Source: the human T2T-CHM13v2.0 reference genome, Homo sapiens. Taken from it: DNA of 64,000 nt. Where the stretch lies: assembly GCF_009914755.1 (NCBI RefSeq), contig NC_060945.1; one strand, 5' to 3'. Shown one piece after another: positions 52,490 through 64,000 of the stretch. The notes beneath the pieces were generated by a model. That model did no database searches. It saw only the letters and a list, made by a program, of their open reading frames with translations, and was not told the DNA's origin. The stretch's first letter is position 1. Each line of letters opens with the position of its first letter. A program made the position numbers and the translations under genes.

Positions 52490-53850
52490 AAGAAAATATT
52501 GATAAATTTGACTACATTAAATTCCAGAATGTTCATCAAACCAAGCTGCAAAGAAAGTAAAAATATAAATCACAAATGGGGAGAAGGTATTTGCAATAAA
52601 TACATTGAAATGACAGAGATCTCTTGCAATGCAAATTGAAAAAAGATAAGCAGCTCCATGGAAAAGTGAGGAAAATACTTAAATAGAATTTCAGAAAAAA
52701 GGCAGTCTCAAAGATCAATGAGTATATTAGAGGATGTTCAACCATATTACTGTTGAGGAAAAGACCACAGTGGGATATCATTTCATGTTTGCTCACTTGG
52801 AAATTTTAAAGACTGAGAATATCAAGTGTTATCAAAAGTGTGGAAAGCCAAAACATTTATACACTGCAGGTGGAAGTGTAAGACTTTATTGCCACTTTGG
52901 AAACAATTTGGCAGTATCTAGAGTAAAAGATGTGTGTATTCTATGTATGACAAAGCAACTGCACTTCTAGGTATATAGCACAGAGAAACTCTCGTATATA
53001 TGAACCAGGAAACCAAAATACTCTCAGAAGCTCTGTTTATAATAACAACAACAAAAAGAAAAACAAAACAGATGCAACCCAAATATCTATCACAACATAA
53101 TACCATCCAGCAATGAAAATAAAACAACAGTAATGAGCGAAACAAGGATGAATTGCAAGAATACAATTTGGAGGGAAAGAGGAAAGTGCAGAATGCATAC
53201 AGCATTTCTTTACATCAAATTTTAAAATATAGAACTAAACAATTTAGTGTTTAGGATCACAAACACGTGGGAAAGTGCTATGGTCTTAATGTTTGCATTC
53301 CTCCAAAATGCATATAATTGAAATTTAATCCCCAAAATGCTGTTACAAACAGGTGGCGCCTTTGGGAGGTGATTAGGTCATGAGGATGAAGCCCTCAAGA
53401 ATGCAATTAGTGTCCTTATAAAAGAGGCCTCCAAGAGCTCATTGGCCCCTTTTTGCCCTTCTGCCATGTGAGGATATAGCAAAAAGGCACCATCTTTGAA
53501 GAAGACAGGAAGCCCTCACCAGACATGGAAGCTACTGGCACCTTGATCTTGGACTTCCCAGGCTCCAGAACTCTGAGCAATAAGTTTCTGCTGTTTACAA
53601 ATTACCCAGTTTAACATATTTTGTTATAGCAGCTTGAACAGACTCCAATAGAAACCTATAAAGAAAAGCAAAGGAATGGTAAAGATAATTCTTACAGCTA
53701 CTACCTCTATGGAGGGCTTAGAGGAGTGGTGCCTAGGGAACTTCAAAAATAAAACAATATTCTCCGTTTTTAACTGGATGGTGGGTTCATGGGTGTTTGT
53801 ATACATACTAAATATGGTATAAATATTATTTTATATCTACTTAATAATAA
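52490..53850 (+). mobile_element. Highly decayed L1ME-type 3' region, interrupted by an MLT1A LTR
   Basis: gataaatttgactacattaaa...acactgcaggtggaagtgtaa...ccactttggaaacaatttggcagtatct. Confidence 0.6.
53277..53650 (+). mobile_element. MLT1A0/MSTD-like MaLR solo LTR
   Basis: tgctatggtcttaatgtttg...gcctttgggaggtgattaggtcatgagg...ccttgatcttggacttccc...tttgttatagcagc. Confidence 0.85.
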
Positions 53851-56800
53851 GAAGAAAGAAAGACAAAGGTGAGAGATAGAGACAGGGAAGGAGTGTGGGT
53901 TATCACTCTCACTAGCGGTGATACCCATACAGCATGGAGACCCCAGTGTGCAAAGGGATTCCCAAGTGTAGAGCTAAGTTTACCAGTTTGGTAGATTTCA
54001 CTGCCTCTTTTTATTCTTATCTCATATCAAAGCTTCATTTAAGTTAGCTGGGCCCAAATTACCGGAGTAAAAACATCATTATCTCCTCCCTCTAGCTCAA
54101 CCTCTTGTGATGTACAGTGCCCCATGCCTGTTTTCTCGGAGCCACAGTCCCCTCTTCCTCCTTTTCTCACTGTCACAACAGAGATTCTATATGTCTCCGT
54201 CTACATACCTGACCCTTAAATGCTGTAGTAAGCCATCCTTCCTGAGAATTCATCCCCAGATCCTAGGCTGTCTTTTTCTCCTTCCTTAGGATGTCCTTCC
54301 TCCTCACTTTGCTCAAGACCATGAATTGATGCAGTGGTAATGGAAAAATTTCTAAAGCATATCGGACCGATCATTGCCAGAAATGCATCTTCTCTCTTTT
54401 CTGATTCAAGGCAGTTGTTAGGCCAGAAGAGTGGCCTCAGAGAAATACACACCTCTTTTTAAAGTGATGGATTCTGTATTAGATCTGAGAACTTCTTCTT
54501 CACTTTGTATGCCAAAGAAAAAATTTTAAGCAAGTATAAAAGCAGGGAGACTGATGTACTAGTCCAGATGAAGGAAGGTAGTCTGAACCAAGGCAGTGGA
54601 TATAACAGAAGTGGAAGTAGAGATGAGGGAACAGATTTGAAAAAGATTTGCTTGGAACCCTGTTTATTTACTAGACAAAAATCTGTCTGGAAGGAATTAT
54701 GTGAAAATAGCCATCATCTTCATAAAACAACAGTGGGTGGACAGATTAAAAACTTTAAAATTATTGTCTACAATGAGACAAGAAGAAAGCTAAGTATTTT
54801 GAGAGTTATAGATTATTGAAGCAAAATTATTAATTGAGCACCAAGCTCTGCCATTGCCTCCAGGAAGCTACAGAGAACATTATTACTTGTAACCTAATGA
54901 GCCTTCAGAAATCAGTAACTAATCATGTTCATGACTTGCTATAGTTATTAGCATTAAACATGGATTAGACTAATTTTTAGTATTATACATGGGTGGGATT
55001 TGTCTTTTTGAAAATTTTCAACTATTCACATTTATCCTTTTTGTTCCATAGCAAAAAAAGATAAACAACATGTTGGAAAGCATGGATATGGTTCATAATA
55101 TTTTTTGACTGAGCAATTAATTCTTATAATGACATTTAAAGGCTTTCTGAGAAAATATGAGAAAACTTTTAAGAAAAATGTTTTAAGTATAATATATAAA
55201 GGATGATAAAAGATCTGGAGAAAGGAAAGTATCCTGCTTAAGTCAACAACTCCTACTGTAGACAGAGTTTTTAATAAAAAAAAAGAATTCTGACTATAAA
55301 AGATAGTTTAACCACGTAGTTTTTATCTTGGAGACTGAGGCAACATTTAAACCACAGAAGAAAGAAACCAGGTAAATTTATTTTATGACTCCGAATTCAT
55401 AATAAAAAAAGAGCACCTCAATTTCAGGCATATATTTTGTTTTCCCCCAGGATAAACATATTTTCACAACATAATTTGGCACATTTTACAGCCAAAGTAA
55501 AATATGCAGGAAAACACTATAATATTAATGATAACTCTACAAACTGCATGGAGAAAACATTACTCAATTATCAGTTAAGTGAAATTCAACCTAAGTGTGG
55601 GGTTTTAATCCCTCCTACATGTAAATGTTTATATGTTGTATGTGTTTAAGGTTCATTAGCTCAAAATGTATCATACATTCCCTAATGAAAAGTTATTTCT
55701 TATGGGCCTGTATATCTTTTTGGTTTGTATTGCAATTTGTACAATGTCCTGATGCACATTTTTTATTAATGTTGTAATTACATTGTAAATTTTTTTTGTT
55801 TGTTTGCTTTTTTCTCTCTTCGAATGTTAGTGCATTGAAGACAGAAACTACCACTTCTATAAGATCGCTTTAGTTCTTTGCACAGTGCACGGTACATGGT
55901 ACTTATTCAATAAATGTGTAATGAAAAGCTTTACATGTATATAATGGCCATGCTCAGGATATTTAATTTCCCTAAAAACTGTTAGTTCTAACTATGAAGC
56001 TAGTTAAGTAATACAAACTTTCTCATCCTTATAAATGTTTTCTTGGGATCTATAATTTTGTATAAGCTTTCCAGTGAAAACTTTAATTCATCCCTCTAAA
56101 ATATTGTATAAATTCTGTAAACAAAAGAAAATTTCCAAGTACCTTTCCCCCATGAAATATAATACCATTAAATGGCTCTGTTATATTTTGGAGAGGAGCT
56201 ATCTCATCCAAAAATAATAGAAAATCATGAGTTTTAACATTTCCGTAAAACAGAGCATAAAGAAGTGTGAATCTTCTCTTGTTCTCAGGCGTGCATATTC
56301 TGCTCTGTTCGTTGCTAAGATACACTAAACTTAAAAGTACAGAAATGCAATTTGGCTCCTTAAAAATAGGCTATGCAGCTTTCTTATTTTTGACAAAATT
56401 AGTCTCTATGGAACATACACAATCTCAGCACAATCATCTATTTTAGTCACTTTCTGGCCTTAGTTAATTAGATAGTGTTTTGTAAAGATTTTAATTTTAA
56501 GTTTTCATTTTGAGAGCAACAAAGTTATTTGCAAGCACTAACCAAATATCTCTGGTTTTTGGCTTCCCACCCTTCTTTTAAGTGATCTGTAAAAAAACAA
56601 CCCTGACATGGGTTTTTGCAAGGAAAAGCCACACTGATCTCAATTTCTAAAAGTAACTGATTCTTGTGTTCTTCCATTTCTTCTTCTTTTTCCTGAAAAA
56701 GTAAAGTTACTTCACAGGCCAAATCTATTTATCTTGAGGTGAGGTGGTGGTGAAATTGGGTCGAATACCATGTTGCATTCTCAGATCATGACAAATCTGG

Positions 56801-58122
56801 CAGACGCATCTTTTCTAGTTGAGCCAGATAAGAACTATGGGCATCTTTATAAGGTTCACATCATTCCTGTTGGGAAGACCAACCTCAGAACCTATTACTT
56901 GTTTGGTAGTGTCAGTATGTTCAAGCTGAATTACACATCTGGGCATATCCCTGGGCACCAGCCTTAAAATCTGCTTATTTTCTATAGGATCCTGCCTTTC
57001 AGGGGAAGGCATGAAAAGGTATAATTAGGAAAGAATACTTGTATCTATGTAAATTTTAAAGATGCATATATATGTGGATATATATGTGTGTATGTATGCA
57101 TATACACATACATACAACAGGTTGCAAGATCCCTGGATCTGAAGATAGCAGACAAGAATCAAAAATCTCTGCCACGTATTGCCTACTAATTCATAACCCC
57201 TAAATTGGATTCTATTTTTTTTAGTTCTCACACGATTTCACATTCCCTTTCTTTCCTTTTACATTAATGGCTTTCTTAATTCTTGGTAGGATTTTTTTTT
57301 CCTTCTCATTTTTCTCTTCTAGCACCTCTTACCCACAGAATTCCATCTTTTTCTCTCTTCTTTCCTCACTACACAGTCTACATGAACTTCTTCACTGTCA
57401 CATTTCAATTAATGTCCATACGTAGTACTTGATAAATATCTGTCTCCAACCCATCCCTTTTTCTTTGACACTCCAAATTCACATCTCTGAAGCTATGTCT
57501 TCGAATGTAATTGTCACAAACCAAATTCATACTCTACTACTCCATTTCTGCTCTTCCTCCTTTCTTTCTTATCTATGATTCTTATGGTAACAGTGCAAAG
57601 GCTGGGAGAGGAAAAATAGAAATGTATTAATGTAAAGTTGTCATACTACTCTTGAAGTGATATAATACCACTTTCTGTTAGACTCCAATACGTTGAAGGT
57701 TTATGCTATAAGCACTAAGGTAACCAAAAGATGCTGCAGACTATTATAGCATCTCTTCAAACAGACTTCACAGAAACTTGCAAGCAGCCTGTGTCTATGA
57801 CATCAGTTGGCATGAGCAACAGGTTTTTGATTTTGGAGAACTATGTTTACCTGACACTGCAACAAAACAAAAGCAGCTATACATGATAGGAATGAATACA
57901 AATATTAACAACTGATATCATTGAATTTTTGGAGGGTGAGGAGCCCCTCAAGACAAATAGAGACTTTCAATTTTAAAAGAGCAGATATTGTGTTTGTTCC
58001 CCTGACTTATTTCTTAAACCAGCTAATCATTTCATGAGCCGTTATCTATTCCTTGCTGTCTTCTTTTGCCCTGCTCAAACTTTCACCACCCCCAGTTGTT
58101 TTTCTTCATGCACGTATACTAA

Positions 58123-58452
<330 letters not shown>

Positions 58453-59764
58453 TCCTTTACTACTTCCTATTTGTATTAAATTATTGGTTGGCTTAAGAAA
58501 GGAGAAACAAGGAAGAAACAATATCTATCATTTTAAAACTTCAAGGACCTATTTCTTCAAGAATTTCACCACCCAAAAAATTAAAGGGTCTCTATCAGAA
58601 ATGTTTTTATTTACTCACAGCTATTATGCTTAATGTTTTAGTTTTTTCTGAATTCAGCTTACTATGTTTGAAAATCATCACCTTTAAAGAAATCTGACAG
58701 TATAATTTTGCAGGTACAAGGAAAAGAAAAAAAGCCATCGATTCTGTAGTTTGTTAAAACTAAAACCCATTCTCCCTTTTTCTCTTATCGCCAATCTTTC
58801 CCATATTCTACTGAGCAAAATGACTGTTGCCAAAATCAGTTCTCAAAATCCAAATATGAAGCTTCTAGAATGTTATAATGTAAAAATAAAGTATGCTACA
58901 TTCTGGAGTAAAAATTTGAGGACACACAGACAAGGACATACCTGGGTTGGCTCAATCTTGCTTGTCCTGTGGTTTCAGAAATCTAAATTGATTATTTGGA
59001 TATCTTTTTCGTGTATTTTAACGCTGTGTTGTGCCCACCAAATTAGGTTGCTCAAATGTCTGATCCAAGAGGATTATGGAAGCATTCTCGAGTATTTTCA
59101 TCTTCCGTGTTCCTCTGGGCTTTCTCTCTTGAAGTCATTTTATTAGTCATCCTCAAATGGCTTCTACTGATGTTTCTGATAACTTGATGCTGCCCTGGGA
59201 ATGCCCATCACACAGCTGTCACCACCATCTGGAGAACTCATTATCTCTATGAAATAGTGTTCTCTTACCTATGGGATATGACCTTTGCTAATTACTCTAG
59301 TGGAGTAAAAAATAATTTCCCCATCATCATTTTATCCTGCTACCAGGTCATGTGGCAGCCACATGACTCCATCCCATAGTTTCCTGTAAAAAGACTGGTA
59401 ATTCGACTTTTATTTGATTTACTCTTTATCACAGCTTTTACCTCCTAAGAACTTGGGCAACAGTCCAAAGTGGAATGGATCACAAGTCAAACTGAGTATC
59501 AGCACATTATCACGTCCTGGCTACAGAAATAAAGATTTGAATTATTTGTTTTTCCCACCATCGGGTGCCCTTAGTTAAAGTTAACCCTCCCTTATACTAC
59601 ATAGAAATAATCTACATTGTAAGATCATCTGCATTAACAAGTATATCTTTACATCTCAGATAAAATTGCATCTTCCTTCTCTATGGTAGCACTTACTACT
59701 GATGTATCATTATATCTTCGGGCTCATGTGCGACAAATGTTTTCAGCAGGGCAGAGGATCTACT

Positions 59765-60010
59765 GATAGTTGTTAAGTGCTTCCTCTGTGCCGGCACTGC
59801 GCTAAATACTGCACATGTTTAACGCACACTGCACTCACTTAACCCTCACAAAAATCCAATGAAGTAGGTACTAATACTATCCCATTTTGCAGATGCACAA
59901 ATGGAAGCAACGAGGCTAACTAGAACCCACTTTGCAATAAGCGGTGGAAGCAGGGTGAGAACCCAATCAGTGCAGCAACAGAGACTTCACTCTTAACTAG
60001 TGCCCAACTG
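59765..60010 (-). mobile_element. MIR
   Basis: cttaaccctcacaaaaatccaatgaagtaggtactaatactatcccattttgcagatg. Confidence 0.75.
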
Positions 60011-60554
60011 CTTCTCATAATAAAACATGTGCTGCTAACCACTTCTTAGCCTACATCATGTTGACGAACTTTAGATTGATTCTAATCTTTGCTTTTATGA
60101 ACAGTATTCTAGTGAATGTCTTTGTATGCACTTCATTTTGCACATAAGCATTTATCAATAGAATAAGTGTCCTGAAGTAGAATTTTTGAGTAAAAAAAAG
60201 TATATATGTACATTTTACATTTTGATGAGTATTGCTATAATGTTCTTCATAAACCATAGTCAGAATTTATGTTCCAAAAGCCATATATTAGAGTAAAACC
60301 ATGTATTTTACAAGTTTCAAGTTACTTTTGGAGCATATCTACATGTTCTTTGCTTTTATTCATTCTCAGGTTCCCTCCTACACCAAATTGATACAACTAT
60401 CCCAGGACTTGGTCCGCAAAGTGTTTTGTTCAAATATTCAAAATCTAGGCACAGGTATTTCTTAGTACTTCATAAGATGGGGAAGGATGAAACCATCTGC
60501 ATAATTGGATATTTTCCCCATTACAATTGGAATATTTGAATTCACAGATGTTAA

Positions 60555-60978
<424 letters not shown>

Positions 60979-61755
60979 TAAACTCACCACAAAGAAAGTG
61001 GAGATTTAAGAACAAACTTTAATAAAACTGGGGAAAACTATAATAGAAAATTTGTCTCAAAGTAAATAATTGGCAGTTAGTACATTGAAGATTTTTTAAT
61101 ACAAACTTTTTTATCTCACAAAATAAAATCTAAATAGAAAATTTACCATAGTATGATTTTTTCACATGTTAAGATAAAAATTAAATTGAAGCTAGTGCCA
61201 AAAGGGAAAAACTAGATAAGTTATAGTAAATAACTAGAAAAGTCATAGTAAATGTTTAAAGAGATGTTATGTTAGTTAAAATAAATTAATTATATAAATA
61301 TAGATTTTAAATCAATTTTGAGTTTCAAAATGAGTCACATGCATTTTATAAATAATGTAGCTTGCATTACAACGACATATTTACAATGTTTTCAGTTGAG
61401 TGACTAATATGAATCAGGCACCTTCTCATGTGTTTGTTCATTTAAGACCAAAGAACAACATCCCATTGAGGTGGGAATTCTTCATCTCCCTTTTACAGAC
61501 AAAACTGGAGTTCAGGTGGGCAAAGTGACATATCCATAGTCACGGACAGACATAGTTAGCTATGCCAGATCTCAAGTCCCACAAATCTAAGACAGAAGAT
61601 TCGGTTGTAATTAACAAGAAGATATTTCTGACCGATTTCTGAATATCAGTTGAACTAAGAACTCCAAGGCTACTTTGGATACTCCAAAGTATCTTTGGAA
61701 ACACTTTAACCTCAAGTTTTAAATATTTATTAAGTTTCTATAATACCATTTGGGG

Positions 61756-62056
<301 letters not shown>

Positions 62057-62904
62057 CTATTTGGTTTTTAATTGTCCAAAATAAATTGGAAGAAATACAT
62101 TGTTCTTTGTGAGTTAATTACTTAACACTTTGCACTCCCAAGAACTTTCAGAGGTTCAAATGCCTTCAAGGGCCTCACAATTCTAGGGCTAGGCTGGAAT
62201 AAGGATATCAAAAGAAATAGCTTCAGAGGCATATGAAAGAGGCATGCTCTTGGGAAGGTATCCAACTTCAGAAATATTTACAACCTTATGAACAAGAGAT
62301 ACCAAATGTCCAGTCTGGGCCTATGGTTTTGGCGTTGGTGTTTCGGCTACTTCACCAAAATTAAACCTGAATATTTACAGTATCCAGAAAAATAATAGCA
62401 ATAAAAATATGATTGTAAATTGAATTCTAAAAACCAAACTCGTTGTGAATCATAACACTCTGCAGAATAAACAATATTATAAATGTATATTTTGTTTTGG
62501 CCTTGGTTAGAAAGAAAACACTAATTTTTTAGAAAACTATATACATATTTAGATAGAATAGGCTAAAAGTCTATCCTACACAAATTTCAAATTTAAATAC
62601 ACTGCTACTCAGAACTAACAATATCAGCCTCATTTTATATCTCAAAAGGGATGTGAGCTATAAATAAAAGAAGAATATTATGTTGCCCACACAGTGTCAA
62701 TTGCACTTGGCAGAGTTTGCTACCATCTCTTTTCACTGGGAGACTTAACAGAGATATAAAGATTTTGCAGTGTCCATAGTTCTGCAGGTGGTTCCTCTCC
62801 TCTAAATCTCTGATCTCATCTACATAGTAGCTTTCCAAAGGGAGAATGAAGTTCTGTCAATTTTAACACAGAGGATAATAAAACAGCTAAGCCCACTTAA
62901 AAAA

Positions 62905-63373
62905 TTTTTTTCCATAGGTTATTGGGGTACAGGTGCTATTTGGTTACATGAGTAAGTTCTTCAGTGGTGATTTGTGAGATTTTGGTGCACCCATCACCCA
63001 AGTAGTATACACCACACCCTATTTGTAGTCTTTTATCCCTCACCCCCTTCCATCCATTCCCCCCAAGCCCCCAAAGTCCACTGTGTTATTCTTATGCCTT
63101 TGTGTCCTCATAGCTTAGCTCCCACATATCAGTGAGAACATATGATGTTTGGTTTTCCATTCCTGAGTTACTTCCCTTAGAAGAATAATCTCCAATCTCA
63201 TCCAGGTCGCTGCAAATGCCCTTTATTCATTCCTTTTTATGGCTAAGTAGTATTCCACTGTATATATATGCCACAGTTTATTTATCCACTCGTTGATTGA
63301 TGAGCATTTGGGTTGATTCTATAATTTTGCTATTGCAAATTGTGCTGCTATAAACATGCATGTGCAAGTATCT
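62905..63373 (-). mobile_element. L1PB1-like 5'-truncated 3' end
   Basis: cataggttattggggtacaggtg...; same family as 2650-3140; TSD cttaaaaaa (62896-62904, 63372-63380). Confidence 0.9.
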
Positions 63374-64000
63374 TAAAAAACAACAACTTCATGCCGTATT
63401 ATTGTTCATTTGACATCAAGCTCTATAACATTCTATACTTTCTAAATGAAGCAATGCTGAATAAATTATTCATTTTTGTTGGCCAAAAAAATGTTTTCAG
63501 ATTCTAGCTAAAAATCCAATTCACTAGCACTTTAAAAACCTGACAGAGGAAACCCAGACCCCTATTTATAATTAAGACTGAAGAGTCACCTGCTACTCAA
63601 CATATCCACACACAAACTCCTTATCTTTGCCCCATTAAGCCTTTTCCTTCATCATAAATTCTTTAGAAGTTACTGAAGGTGCAGTTTAAATAATCATCCA
63701 TGACATATGTTGTGATTGCCCTGATTACAAGATCTTCTACTTCTCTCTCTTTTGAAACTTTCTAGTATTTGTCTGCAATATTCAGATCCTTCATTTTATG
63801 ATAATCATTTGTACATGTTTACCAACTCTGATGTCATTGTAAATTCCAAAAAGATGGGCGGTATTGTATTTCTTAACTATTTTACTAAGGAAATAGATAA
63901 AAGGATACTTATGATGTGTTCCCAGCTATCAAGAAACCAAGAAGTCCAGCTTCTTAGTGTTCCACAGAGCACCTTACATATCTGTAAAATTTGAGTTTTT

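Noticed and set aside
58751-59146. 131-aa ORF (also 36983-37342, 54505-54819)
   Set aside because: No ATG start for some, no domain similarity, composition typical of AT-rich non-coding DNA.

Overview
AT-rich primate (catarrhine, probably human) non-coding DNA, either intergenic or deep intronic. I see no credible cellular protein-coding exon, CpG island, tRNA or rRNA. Much of the window is recognisable transposon fossil. It includes an L1MA2-type 3' end and a near full-length ancient L1MC1-type element with five nested insertions, one of them a highly diverged U6 snRNA copy. There are two L1PB1-type 3' ends (one twin-primed), L1MB/L1MC3-4/L1ME fragments, 16 Alus, and MIR and L2 relics. LTR elements include MaLR and MLT2 solo LTRs, a MER4A-type LTR, and a 3'-truncated HERV-L provirus with its MLT2A1 5' LTR. 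The ORFs with recognisable protein motifs are all L1, HERV-L or Alu fragments or microsatellite read-throughs. Best second-look items: (1) the ancient U6 copy replacing part of an L1MC1 3'UTR; (2) a locally templated insertion at ~37.9 kb copied from 1.5 kb upstream; (3) a ~160-bp unexplained hairpin at ~46.9 kb whose core mismatches are all G-U compatible on the + strand; (4) the MLT2A1/HERV-L promoter module; (5) a TE-free, CpG-retaining, motif-dense block at 32-33.6 kb. I found no evidence for a wholly new multi-gene system. Subfamily names come from recalled consensus sequences and need Dfam/RepeatMasker confirmation.
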